Notes: generated by a model from the letters alone, not told the origin. A stretch of 64,000 nt of DNA from Trueperaceae bacterium (GCA_965215565.1 CBDCDZ010000004.1:3680001-3744000); one strand, 5' to 3'; positions 28,887 to 38,663 are shown, numbered from the stretch's first letter. Translations and numbers: made by a program.

Positions 28887-29993
28887 CTAAGAAGTCGCGC
28901 AAGTCGGACCTGTTTGCTCACTCAGGTCACGATAGGGTCCGAGCAGCGCTCGATGCTCCTCTTCGAACCGTATTCTGGCGCTATGCGCTTTCGAGATGGC
29001 GGCCTCGAGCCAGGCGGGAACCTCGGACCAGATAGTCAGCAGCTTAGGCTGAGTCATCCCCGTCTGCGCGTAAGCTTGAATAAAGCGCTCGGGCCAGCCC
29101 TCCATGAGCCACGCCAGCATCGTCATAACTATGTGACGATGCTCGGAAGGCTGGTACTCGAAGTCGTTCGACGTAGCTTTGAGGTCGAAGTCGACGTGAC
29201 CCAGCCCGACACGCTGGGCGACGTAGGTGCTGAAAGGGCGTGTATAGCGCAAACCCATGAGCGTCGTGACGAGGATGCGCAGTCCGTCGAAGTAGGCAAC
29301 GCTCGAAAGGTCGCCGTCGTCGGAAAGGGTGACGGAGCCAGCATCTAGCACGCTCAACAGATGAGCTTGAAACGCGCTTACGCTCGTGTCTGCTTTCTCT
29401 AAATGCGAGACCTCGACTGCGCTCAGGTCTGCGCCGCATTCGTAACAGCGATTGATAGGTATACCGGAGGGAACGCGGCTCTCCGTGTGAGCGCCCACAT
29501 CGACTTTGTAAGGGGCGATAGGCGCGTCGCAACTCGGACAGTGGTCACGCAGGGGCGTATCGTGCTCGGGGCACACGGTGACAAAGGCGAGCCGCCATAT
29601 CCGCCGAAAGTAGAGCGGTTCTTGTGCCAGGCATAGGGGACAATATTGTAAACCGTATCGTCTGCTCCTTCGGCGTATATGACCCACACGCAAGGTCCAG
29701 CGGTTGCTGTTACTAGGGTCGTGCTCGGCGTAGAGCCGACCCGCATAGGACCAGAGGGTCGCTCGGTAGAGGCGCTCGACGCTTACACCGGATTTGAACG
29801 ACAGGGGGAGGAGCAACCGTAGAGAAGCCGATTTGTCGATGTCACGCCACCACACCTCCAAATCCGCGACGGCGAGCGTCGTGAAGTTCTGGAGCTTCTG
29901 CTTGTTTCCCTTCGCCGAGCGTATGAGCCAACTGCTGAGCAGCTCGTCGGGTAGGGGCTGCGGATGGACCGGCCAGAGGTTACCCGAGAGCAT
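28887..29993 (-). CDS. tniQ: TniQ family target-selection protein (368 aa)
   Basis: PQPLPDELLSSWLIR, YCPLCL..YFRRIWR..VCPEH..LRDHCPSC...RCYECG, plus a C-terminal extension. Confidence 0.93.
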   Translation of the reverse strand: MLSGNLWPVHPQPLPDELLSSWLIRSAKGNKQKLQNFTTLAVADLEVWWRDIDKSASLRLLLPLSFKSGVSVERLYRATLWSYAGRLYAEHDPSNSNRWTLRVGHIRRRSRRYGLQYCPLCLAQEPLYFRRIWRLAFVTVCPEHDTPLRDHCPSCDAPIAPYKVDVGAHTESRVPSGIPINRCYECGADLSAVEVSHLEKADTSVSAFQAHLLSVLDAGSVTLSDDGDLSSVAYFDGLRILVTTLMGLRYTRPFSTYVAQRVGLGHVDFDLKATSNDFEYQPSEHRHIVMTMLAWLMEGWPERFIQAYAQTGMTQPKLLTIWSEVPAWLEAAISKAHSARIRFEEEHRALLGPYRDLSEQTGPTCATS

Positions 29994-29995
29994 CC

Positions 29996-30916
29996 CTAAA
30001 GAAGCTTCTCGACTTCCGCGCGACGCTTGGACACGGGAACCCACTTGAGGGCGTTTAGCGCGTCCTCGTCGATACGCTCCGTGCCCGTGCGGATCGCGAT
30101 GACCGCTGAGCGCGTCAGGATTTTGGAGAGTTCGCCGAGGAGCCCCTCGGACATGGTGAGGAGCCGCGTTGCCATGTCGTTCGCTGTGAGGTTCGAAGGC
30201 TTTGCGAGCGGAAGGGTTTTCTCAAAGCTCACGAGGAGCCGCCCGTACTCCGCGTCTTTCTTCCAGTTGGGCAGGACTTCTTTGTCGAAGCGGCTGTCGA
30301 GGTGAGGGTCGCTTCGCAGAAAGCGGAGCGCTTCTTTCGTCCCTAAGGCGACCAGGGGAATTTTCAGCTCGTTCCCGATATATTTGATAACGTTGCGCAC
30401 CTCCCCCTGCTTCCGCGCCGTGCCGGTCAGTAAGTGGTGGAACTCGTCGATCATCAACATCTTCGTGCCGGTCTCTTGGAGGATGCCGATAGCCTGGTCC
30501 TGCTTCTGGCTCGCCTTGTCCGTCTTGCGGTAGGGGGCGAACAGGACCTTGAGAATCTCCTCGTAGAAACGCCCTTCGTCGGCGACCGAGGGCGCGTGGA
30601 ACGAGACGACAGGCGCGTAGATGGTCTCGCCGTCTGCGTTGTCGCGGGCGGGGAAGTCGCGCTGGAAGCGCCTGGCGAGCTGCGTCTTACCGTTAAACGT
30701 GTTGCCCACGATGAGCAGATTCTGGGCGCGTCCCCGGTCGTAGTGGGGCTCGGTCGGGTCGCCGAGCAGGTCCTCGAGCCGGTCGCGGATTTCGCGGGCG
30801 CGGGTGTAGCCGATCCAGCGGAAGGTCTTGATGTAGCGGATACGCTCCTCGTCGCTCCAGGTCAGAATCTCGCGGGCGCGTTCGGTCAGGTGGTCTTGAG
30901 ACACCGCAGAACCCAT
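29996..30916 (-). CDS. tnsC: TnsC/TniB family AAA+ ATPase
   Basis: RWIGY, GNTFNGKT, MLMIDEFHH, LVALGT, DPHLDSRF, SEGLLGEL. Confidence 0.93.
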   Translation of the reverse strand: MGSAVSQDHLTERAREILTWSDEERIRYIKTFRWIGYTRAREIRDRLEDLLGDPTEPHYDRGRAQNLLIVGNTFNGKTQLARRFQRDFPARDNADGETIYAPVVSFHAPSVADEGRFYEEILKVLFAPYRKTDKASQKQDQAIGILQETGTKMLMIDEFHHLLTGTARKQGEVRNVIKYIGNELKIPLVALGTKEALRFLRSDPHLDSRFDKEVLPNWKKDAEYGRLLVSFEKTLPLAKPSNLTANDMATRLLTMSEGLLGELSKILTRSAVIAIRTGTERIDEDALNALKWVPVSKRRAEVEKLL

Positions 30917-32788
30917 CTAACCCTCCTCGAGTTCGTCGAAGGGCTCCAAATCGTCGAACATGAACGGGGCCTCTTCATCCGGCGTGTCGTCGGTCTTGGT
31001 GGTCGTCTCCGCGACGGGCGCGTCCTCAGCAGCCTTGGCGTGATCGGAACGGCGCTGGACGTTGCGGCGGGCCGACTTGGTTTTGCGGGCTGCTTCGCTC
31101 TCGATGCGCCGCATCTCCGCGATGGCTTTGAACAGGGCGTCCTCGTCGACCTCCTGCTGGAGCACCTTCTTGATGTGTCTGATCGCCCGCTTGACCTCCC
31201 AAATGGACACGGGCGGGTGGAGCGCGTTCCCGTAGGGGATTTCGAAGTAGGTGTCCAGGTCTGGGTCGAGGAAGTAGATGCGGCTCAGGTCCCTGGGGTC
31301 GTAGCGGAAGGTGAAATAGCGCGGTTCCTTAGGGTGGTCGGGGTCTCGTGCGCCGATCCAGGGGTGGAGCACGTCGCTGTAATACTCAATGTAGTTGAAG
31401 GCGATGCCGTAGCGCTGGACGCTGTGCTTATTGTCGTAGGGCATGAAGTCGAGACGAAGGCGCATCTCGTCCGTCGCCTTCTCGGGCAGACCGCGCCCGA
31501 GTTCGGTCTTCGTGCCGAAGATGCCGCGCTTGTACTTCGCCGCCGGGGTGCTCATGATCCCCATGTGGGGGCGGTTGTGATACTTCATCAGCAGGTTCGC
31601 GAACCACGACTCGAACTCGGAAAGCGTCATGATGGCCTTTTTCTCCGAATCGTACTCGCCCTTGTCCTTGTAGTTGCTGAAGGTCGTACCGGGCAGCTTC
31701 TGAATATCGGTGGCGAAAGTGCCCATGAGTCGCTCGATGTGTGCGCCGTGCTTGGGCTCCCCGTTGCCGCGGAAATCCGAGATGATGTCGTACTCCTCGC
31801 AGGCACGCTCAAGCATCTTGCCGCGGAACTCCTTGGCGTTGTCCGCGTGGACCGCCTCAGGGAAACCCCAGCAGTCCCAGGTCGCGTCCACCCCGAGCTG
31901 CTCCAGCCAAGCGTGTTTAGGCAGAATAGCGCGGTACAAGCACATTCCGACGGCATTGGCGTTGGGTGGGTCGAAAGAGATGTAGAAACCCAGCCCGACG
32001 CGGCTGTAGACGTCGATGGCGACGGTCGCATAGGGTCTGCCGATGGGCAGGCGGTAGATGTCGTCGACCAGCTCAACGTCGAAGGGCGTGTGGTCGATCT
32101 GGACGGTCTCCAAGGGAAACGTCGCGTTCGGGAACTTGCCGACTTGCGGCTCGTAGTCGGCGGCGGCTTTTCTGCCCCGGCGACGCAGCGCTTTCGTGCG
32201 GTCGCTGATCTCGGTGATGCGGTTGCGTACTGTATTGGGGTGGGGCGCTTTGAGTTTGGCGGCTTTGCACCTACTGACGACCTCGTCGCACGTGTCCTTC
32301 ACCGAGAAGCGTTGGTCTGAGAGATAGACCTCCTTAATGGTCTCCTCGATGATGGTTTCGACCTCGGGTACCAGGCGGTTACCTTTAGGCCCCGACTTGG
32401 CGGCGAGCAGGGCACTCGTCGTTCCTTCACTCTCGTGCGCCTTGAGCCAGCGGTAAAGGGTGGCGGGGTGCACGCCGACCTCCCGCGCCCGCGTCTCGAT
32501 GTCGGCGCGGCTCCGCCCTTTCAGGTCGAGAAGCGGTTTGATCGCCGCGAGGCGTTTGGACGCCCGCTCCCAAGCGTCGTCGCTCGCGGTGACGGTCGCG
32601 GTGTGGACGAATGGGTCGGCTTCGCCTACGCCTGCGGGTTTCAAACCGTGCAAGGGAAGACGTGTGACCTTGTCCGAGCCTGCGGGGTTTGCCAGTACGG
32701 TGTCCATGTCGACCACGTGGGTGACGATATAGGGTCGCCCGTCGTAGCTGACCTCGGTTTTCTCCTCTATGCTGAAGCGTACGTTCAC
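30917..32788 (-). CDS. tnsB: TnsB/TniA DDE transposase (Mu-like C-terminus)
   Basis: HTH (ATLYRWL), QIDHT, GRPY..VAIDVYSR, HADNAKEF, HIERLMGT, YHNRPH, RYDPRDLSRIY. Confidence 0.95.
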   Translation of the reverse strand: MNVRFSIEEKTEVSYDGRPYIVTHVVDMDTVLANPAGSDKVTRLPLHGLKPAGVGEADPFVHTATVTASDDAWERASKRLAAIKPLLDLKGRSRADIETRAREVGVHPATLYRWLKAHESEGTTSALLAAKSGPKGNRLVPEVETIIEETIKEVYLSDQRFSVKDTCDEVVSRCKAAKLKAPHPNTVRNRITEISDRTKALRRRGRKAAADYEPQVGKFPNATFPLETVQIDHTPFDVELVDDIYRLPIGRPYATVAIDVYSRVGLGFYISFDPPNANAVGMCLYRAILPKHAWLEQLGVDATWDCWGFPEAVHADNAKEFRGKMLERACEEYDIISDFRGNGEPKHGAHIERLMGTFATDIQKLPGTTFSNYKDKGEYDSEKKAIMTLSEFESWFANLLMKYHNRPHMGIMSTPAAKYKRGIFGTKTELGRGLPEKATDEMRLRLDFMPYDNKHSVQRYGIAFNYIEYYSDVLHPWIGARDPDHPKEPRYFTFRYDPRDLSRIYFLDPDLDTYFEIPYGNALHPPVSIWEVKRAIRHIKKVLQQEVDEDALFKAIAEMRRIESEAARKTKSARRNVQRRSDHAKAAEDAPVAETTTKTDDTPDEEAPFMFDDLEPFDELEEG

Positions 32789-32796
32789 GTTCTCTC

Positions 32797-33448
32797 CTAC
32801 CGGAGCGACCAGAGAGGGCTGTCTACCGCCAGCTTCTCGGTGAGGTCTACGCCGACTTGTCGCAAAGCGATGAGCTGATAGAGGACAGGCAGGTATTTGG
32901 CGCGTTCCAATTCCGTTTTAGCGAGCGCGGCGAGGAGGTCCGCGGGTGTCGCCTCTCCCAACTTGTCCAAGATGCTGAGAATCATCCGAATACGCCCGTC
33001 GTTAGAGGGTGTCTTCATGTAGCGACGTAGGAACTTGGCGTTATCCAGGTAAGGCGTGCGAATCTCTTCTTCGGTGACGATCTCGAAGTCCATGTTCCGC
33101 GCTTCGGCGTAGACAGTAGCTTCCGCGAATTTAGGGGCGTACGCTTCGGCGTGCAGCTCGAGGAACTTGCGTGGCTTGACCTCGACTAAGCTGGGGCGCA
33201 TCTCCCTGGCAGGCATGATGTCGCGCCGATAGTGGACGAGGAAGTCGGGCGTATACTCGTGCTCGTCGCCTTCGGCGTCCTTGTAGGGGATAGTGACGGG
33301 CTGCTCCTCGAAGGTCTCGAAGGTCGAAGCGGAGCAAGATCATGTAGTCGCGCTCTAAACCCGACTCGTAACCGCGCATCCCGCCGTCACCTGTCGGGAC
33401 GCGACCCGAGGGTCTGTTGGATTTACCGACGACATCTCGTTGGGGCAT
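32797..33448 (-). pseudogene. tnsA: TnsA endonuclease split by a +1 frameshift near 33320
   Basis: Frame 1: YESGLERDYMILLRFD. Frame 2: ETFEEQPVTIPY...YTPDFLV...LVEVKP...FEIVTEEEIRTPYLDNAKFL. Confidence 0.88.
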
Positions 33449-33475
33449 GAAGATAAAACCTTCCTATCTGAAAAC

Positions 33476-33598
33476 AGTCGCACGAATTATTGTGGGTTTG
33501 CAAGACAGTCGCATAGATTATTGTATACAGTCGCACGGATTATTGGTTGAAACAGGATGAAAAGGGGGTCTGAGTCGCATAGACTATTGTATCTGACA
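33476..33598 (-). repeat. Tn7-like transposon end: 5'-TGTCAGAT terminus + four putative TnsB-binding sites
   Basis: Plus-strand AGTCGCACGAATTATTGT (33476-33493), AGTCGCATAGATTATTGT (33507-33524), AGTCGCACGGATTATTGG (33529-33546), AGTCGCATAGACTATTGT (33573-33590), then ATCTGACA (33591-33598). Confidence 0.93.
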
Positions 33599-35161
33599 GC
33601 GCCCCGGCAGCCGCACGAGCACGCTATCGCCCTGCCCGACGTCGAGAAAGATCAGCTCAGACGCGCCTCTGTCCGCCGTAACCGCTGAGCTAAGCACCGC
33701 GACGGTGACGACGAGCAGACCGCGCCAAGGGCGCATATATCCCCTGACCGCAAGTACAAAGGCTAGCGCACCAACCGCATAAAAAGCGTAACCAAGTGTT
33801 GAAATCTCGCCCCAGGTGAGCACGGGAAGCCCTGCTGCCGCGTCCGCCAAGCGCAAGAGGTTCGTCGCCAAAAGGCCCGTGATGAGGTTGAGCGCGCCCG
33901 CCAGCGGGAGCGAAACCAGCCCGAGCAGCCCCGATAAGAAACCGAGCGGCACGAGCAGCGTCGCCAAAGGAATCGCGACGACATTGACGAGCGGGCTGAA
34001 GAGCGGCACGCTGCCAAAGGTGCTCGCTACGAGAGGTAACGAGAGCGCTTGCGCGGCGATACTGACAACGACGCTACCCAAGAGGAGCGTTTTAGGATGC
34101 CACCAGGAGGGGTGCGCGCCGAGGAGACGTTTGGTCAGCGGCTCGGTGAGGAGCAGGATGCCGGTGACGGCGAGGTACGAGAGCTGAAACGAGAGGTCGA
34201 AGAGCCAAGCGGGGTGCCACAACAGGGTGACGAGCGCTGCGAGCGACAGCGCCGACCACGGTTCAATACGTCCGCTCCCGAGCCAAAGTGACGCAAGCAC
34301 CGCGCCGACCATCAAGCTCGCCCGCAAGACGCTCGGGCTCGCGCCGACGAGCAAGACGAAACCGACGAGCAGGAGCATCATGACCGGGTAGCGGCGCTGT
34401 CCTAGCGGGCGAAGAGACCAGCCGACTGCGCCGACCAAAATGCCCACGTGCAGACCCGAAAGCGCCAATATGTGCGCCAGCCCGGAGACGGCGAAGACCT
34501 CACGCAACTCGCCCAGCCCGTCACGAATGCCGAGCGTCATCGCCTGCATCAGCGCGGCGCTCCGTTCGTCCAAGTTCGCGACGACGCCCCGGCGCAGCCG
34601 TTCTTTGAGAGAGGTCGTCGGAGCGGATTCGGTGACCTCTTCGACGAAAAGCTGGGCTTTGACGCCTCGCCTCATCAGGTAAGAACGGTAGTCGAAACCG
34701 CCGGGATTGCGCTTGCCCGAAGCTTCTTGCAAGGTGCCGCGCACCGTCACCTGCCCCGCGCCGACCTCATTAGAAGGGGAGAGGACGACGCGCTCCCCCT
34801 GGACCTCTTCGGGCTGCTCGAGCCGCAAATACCGCCCGTCGCTCACGCCCGAGAAGGTCATCTCTTCACCCAGTAAAGGCGCTAAAGGATTCGGCTGCGC
34901 CTCCCATACAGTGTAGCGGACGCTGCCGAGGGGCGCGAGAAGCATCAGCACGGCGAGCAGCACATGACCTCTCGAGAGACCGAACGCGGCTGCAAGCCCC
35001 GAGCCGATGAGCGTGAGCCAAAGCGGTACGCCCAAGCCCGCTAGCGCGACGCCTCCGCCCAGAAGGAGTGCCGCCGGGATGGACCAGGGCGCGAAAGGTT
35101 GAACCTCTTCCGCCGATTCGTCGTCTACACGCTCATCTCGCGCCGAGTACGCCGCGCTCAC
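33599..35161 (-). pseudogene. comEC: ComEC/Rec2 DNA uptake channel, interrupted at the start of its MBL domain
   Basis: [53 protein letters not shown], then transposon-encoded CQIQ* (stop at 33584). Confidence 0.93.
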
Positions 35162-35658
35162 AATTTGACCCAAGGACGAAGTTTTTCCAGCGTCGCCGCG
35201 CCGATGCCCGAAACGTCCAAGAGGTCTTCGACGCTCGAGAAAGGTCGCGCCGCTATAATGCGCTTCGCCAAGGCGGGACCGATGCCCGGTAAGCGGTCTA
35301 ACTCGCGTTCGCTCGCCGAGTTGAGGCTAACGCGCATCTCACCCGTTTCAGTTCGTTTGCTCGGAACAAAAACTGCGCTCCCCGCCGTGAGCGGCGCGGC
35401 AGGATTGATGAGGGTTTCTTCGGCGTCCTCTGAGAGACCGCCCGCCGCTGCGATAAGGTCTTGGAGCCTCGAGCCCCACGCGAGCGTATACACCCCAGGC
35501 GAACGCACCGCGCCCGCTATCGACACCGTGATGTCGGGCTGCACCCGCTCAATCTGAACGCGCTGCACGGTGAGCCGAGGCGCGAGGTTGAGCCCGACGA
35601 GCAGCGCACAGAGCGCCACGAGGCTCCAGGTAACGAGGGTTTCTTGACGCGGCGTCAC
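35158..35658 (-). CDS. comEA: ComEA DNA-binding protein (SLBB + HhH)
   Basis: GAVRSPGVY, LNSASERELDRLPGIGPALAKRI, VSGIG. Confidence 0.93.
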   Translation of the reverse strand: MTPRQETLVTWSLVALCALLVGLNLAPRLTVQRVQIERVQPDITVSIAGAVRSPGVYTLAWGSRLQDLIAAAGGLSEDAEETLINPAAPLTAGSAVFVPSKRTETGEMRVSLNSASERELDRLPGIGPALAKRIIAARPFSSVEDLLDVSGIGAATLEKLRPWVKL

Positions 35659-35780
35659 CAGAGAAGTTTACGCGGCTAGGAGAGGCCTAGCCGCGAAATA
35701 TTTGGGTTGAAATCCGGTGAGAGACTCGAGTGAAGTTGCTGACACGCTGCCCAACTTCAAGTTTTACGCAAATCTCTTCA

Positions 35781-35897
35781 GGGTAGTTACTCCATTTGAA
35801 ATGACGCGGACGCTAAAGCAAGGGGCTAAAACCCCTTGTTTGTCGTGTGGAGACAGCAGAAGGAGCATATGGTAGCGTTCGATCTAGGACCACCACC
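35781..35897 (+). repeat. MITE-like repeat family B, copy 1
   Basis: Aligns with 63846-63977 and with the reverse complement of 62747-62900; central CAAGGGG..AACCCCTTG palindrome. Confidence 0.75.
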
Positions 35898-35985
35898 TTT
35901 TTTGGAAGTAAAACTGAAGGATGAAGACTCGAGAGCTGTTCTCTTCAGCAGAGTAGCTAAGGCGTATCTCGCGCTGCAAGCAATG

Positions 35986-36013
35986 AAAAAGGCTCGAGTT
36001 CTCGAGCCTTTTT
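35986..36013. terminator. Intrinsic (bidirectional) terminator after sodA
   Basis: AAAAAGGCTCGAG-TT-CTCGAGCCTTTTT. Confidence 0.85.
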
Positions 36014-36029
36014 CCAGAGTATTTAAGAC

Positions 36030-36626
36030 TTACTTAGCCGCTTCGTAATACTCCGCGACCTTATCCCAGTTCACCACGTTCCAGAAATTGCTCACGTACT
36101 CCGGGCGTTTGTTCTGGTACTTGAGGTAGTAGGCGTGCTCCCACACGTCTAAGCCTAAAATGGGCGTTTTGCCTTCCATGAGCGGGCTATCTTGGTTGGG
36201 GGTGCTCATGACTTCGAGCTTGCCCGCGTTCACCACGAGCCACGCCCAGCCTGAGCCGAAGCGCCCTGTCGCGGCGCTCTCGAACTGCTCTTTGAACGAA
36301 TCGAACGAGCCGAAGTCGCGCTCGATGGCTTCGCTGAGGTCACCGCTGGGGCTGCCGCCGCCGTTGGGTCCCATGATTTCCCAGAAGAGGTTGTGGTTGG
36401 CGTAGCCGCCGCCGTTGTTGCGCACCGCTGTGGAGAGTTTATCCACGCCTTGGGCTAGAATCTCCTCGATGCTCATACTTTCCATCTCGGTGCCTTCGGT
36501 GGCGTTGTTGAGCTTCGTCGTGTAGCCCTGGTGGTGCTTGTCGTGGTGGATTTCCATCGTAGTGGCGTCGATGGTGGGCTCTAGGGCGTCTTTTGCGTAG
36601 GGTAAGTCGGGTAGATTAAAAGCCAT
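36030..36626 (-). CDS. sodA: Superoxide dismutase, Mn/Fe family (probably Mn)
   Basis: [38 protein letters not shown]. Confidence 0.95.
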   Translation of the reverse strand: MAFNLPDLPYAKDALEPTIDATTMEIHHDKHHQGYTTKLNNATEGTEMESMSIEEILAQGVDKLSTAVRNNGGGYANHNLFWEIMGPNGGGSPSGDLSEAIERDFGSFDSFKEQFESAATGRFGSGWAWLVVNAGKLEVMSTPNQDSPLMEGKTPILGLDVWEHAYYLKYQNKRPEYVSNFWNVVNWDKVAEYYEAAK

Positions 36627-36981
36627 GTGTGACTCCTCTCGAGAGTTAATACCTTCACTTCGTGTACTCCCAGAGTGTAGCAAAGGTGTCCCGCATAACC
36701 TTCTCTGAGCTTACACTTGAGGTCAAGGTCACGGTGCTTGCGACGCTTCGCCGCGCCGCAACCAAGTCAACTTTAACCTCTCATCTACGCATCCTCTTCA
36801 GCCCAACGCCTTACACCGCATAAGACTTTAGGCTTAGCAGTACGTGTGGCACGTTTACATCAGTTGAATTATTACTTCGGCTGTAGTTTATAAGTTGCTG
36901 AGTGCTCGAGAAGCGCTTGGCCCAATCGTTATAGAAAATCCATAAGACCTCTTGCGCTACGCTTGTACGCGGAGGTTCACC

Positions 36982-37230
36982 ATGCATCATGTTCAGTTCA
37001 CCATCCTACCTACCCCTGCACCCATTCTCGCCGGGCAAGACGCCCTGTCAGAAAGGCAGCTCGAGCTGAGCGGCTGGCACATCTTAGGCAAGATGGAAGG
37101 CGAGTTTTACGGCTCGTTCGAGCGGAAGCGCGAGCGCCTTCAGCAGACACTGAGTCACGCGGAAAGAATCAAACCGCTGCCCGTTGTTAAGCTAACGCAC
37201 CAGGACGTTGCTCATCAGCGAGCGGCGTAG
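36982..37230 (+). CDS. Small hypothetical protein
   Basis: RBS GGAGGT before ATG 36982. Confidence 0.6.
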   Translation: MHHVQFTILPTPAPILAGQDALSERQLELSGWHILGKMEGEFYGSFERKRERLQQTLSHAERIKPLPVVKLTHQDVAHQRAA

Positions 37231-37253
37231 AGTGTTTCCTTCGGCAGTTGCGT

Positions 37254-38087
37254 TCAGTCCCTATCGTCTATCTTAAACGCAGCTTCCAGACGTTCATCCA
37301 AACGCTGCAAAAGCTCATCGGATAAAGGAAAGCCGTGAGACGTTTCGAGCGTACGCATGAGTTCTGTGCCCCACATCCAAGCAGCTTTGTAAGCTCGTTC
37401 TAGCGAGGAGAGGTCGCTCGTACACGCCGCGAAACGCGCGTACGCTTCACTCGAGAGGTCAGCCTCGAGCCGCTTCGAGGGCGTAAGCCAGTGCTCCTTC
37501 GTTTTATCTTCAACTGCTCTAGCCAAGTAGAGAAGTGAGCGGTGTACGTGACTGAGCACCTCTAGTGCTCGCGTCCGTTCGCCCCGCGCCAGCACGTTGA
37601 ACCCTAAAAGCCACCAGTTGATGAACGTGTAGCAACGTGTTCCTAACTGCTCAGAAGAGGTACGCTCGAGTTCGGCGTTTTTCAGAGTCTCGAGATGTTC
37701 TCTAAGTGCTCCCGTCCGGTCTAAGATGAGCATCGTGTCTATATCCAGCGCTTCACCCCCGAGCGGCCACGCCCGCACCTCTTTCATGTTGGCGGCAGGC
37801 TCGAAATGAAATTCGCCCCGCACCAGATTGTCGAAAATTGCAACTTTCGTACCAAACTCGTTCGTGAAAAAGACCGTTAGTGGTGCGACTTGCGAGGTCC
37901 ACGCCGCTTGGTCCAGCGCGTCCAGTTCACCGTCTCGAAAGAAGAGGTGAAACTCGATGTCGGATAAGGCGTCCCCTTCGCCCTGCGTGAACGAGCCGTA
38001 CATCAGCGCGGCGACTAGGCGTTCGTCCTTTTGGCAAAGTTGCTTCACCTTGCGAATCATCGTGTGTTGTGGCAGTTGTGGCATCAA
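37254..38087 (-). CDS. LinB/Lnu(B)/Lnu(F)-like nucleotidyltransferase
   Basis: DERLVAALMYGSFTQGEGDALSDIEF, NEFGT..AIFDNLVRGEFHF, GERTRALE, HWLTPSKRLE. Confidence 0.85.
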   Translation of the reverse strand: MMPQLPQHTMIRKVKQLCQKDERLVAALMYGSFTQGEGDALSDIEFHLFFRDGELDALDQAAWTSQVAPLTVFFTNEFGTKVAIFDNLVRGEFHFEPAANMKEVRAWPLGGEALDIDTMLILDRTGALREHLETLKNAELERTSSEQLGTRCYTFINWWLLGFNVLARGERTRALEVLSHVHRSLLYLARAVEDKTKEHWLTPSKRLEADLSSEAYARFAACTSDLSSLERAYKAAWMWGTELMRTLETSHGFPLSDELLQRLDERLEAAFKIDDRD

Positions 38088-38231
38088 AGCGCTCCTAATA
38101 CTCGAGATAATTCCTAAGACCTCTTGAGTTCGTATGTTCTGGAACGCTTTAGTACTTACTGAGCACGTGTTGCTCCTGTTGATGACAAAGTTGGATCAAC
38201 CAGCAGAGATCAAAAGCTAAGACAGCTAAGT

Positions 38232-38663
38232 CTATTCGTAGGAGATGACCTCGAGCGTAGCGGTGCATTTGCCCCACTCGAGCGCCTGTTCTGTTGAGGG
38301 CAACCATATATCGACTTGGTTGGTCTTTTCGGCGCTCATGGTGTCTTGCACTTCTAGAACGCCTGTGTCAAAGCCGCCGCAGCCGTTCTCCTCAGTTTGT
38401 AGATTGATAACTCTGACCTTCGTACCGTAAGGGAGTTGGGTCTCTAAGAGGTCGCGGCTCACCGCGACGATGCCCTCACGCACCTCTGCGCCCGTCGCTG
38501 TGATCCTCGGCGTGCCGTCGGTCTGGGCTTCGGTGGAGGAGTAGGCGGTTATGGTGACCTGCAAAGTGTGTTGCGCAGGGGTGAACGCGATAAGAAGACA
38601 CGAGAAAAGGATAAGGGTAGAAGCAGAGATTTGTAGAGACGTAAAACGTAGCGCAAAACGCAA
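38232..38663 (-). CDS. 3D (Asp-Asp-Asp) domain secreted protein
   Basis: TAYSS...TDGTPRITATG...VAVSRDL..LPYGTKV...VQDT...VDIW. Confidence 0.85.
   Translation of the reverse strand: MRFALRFTSLQISASTLILFSCLLIAFTPAQHTLQVTITAYSSTEAQTDGTPRITATGAEVREGIVAVSRDLLETQLPYGTKVRVINLQTEENGCGGFDTGVLEVQDTMSAEKTNQVDIWLPSTEQALEWGKCTATLEVISYE

Larger units (their letters stand above)
1..33598 (-). mobile_element. Tn7-like transposon / genomic island inserted in comEC; far end not seen in the window
   Basis: The right boundary is exact. The left extent is inferred from accessory content, pseudogenes, and the absence of a second end or the rest of comEC. Confidence 0.72.

Noticed and set aside
30434..32320. 628-aa plus-strand ORF
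   Set aside because: Antisense shadow of tnsB/tnsC in GC-rich DNA; no recognisable motifs.
33476..33590. Four repeats as a mini-CRISPR array (CAST)
   Set aside because: Spacing is irregular (31, 22, 44 bp), repeats are 18 bp and abut a TGT terminus, and no cas genes are present. They fit transposase-binding sites.
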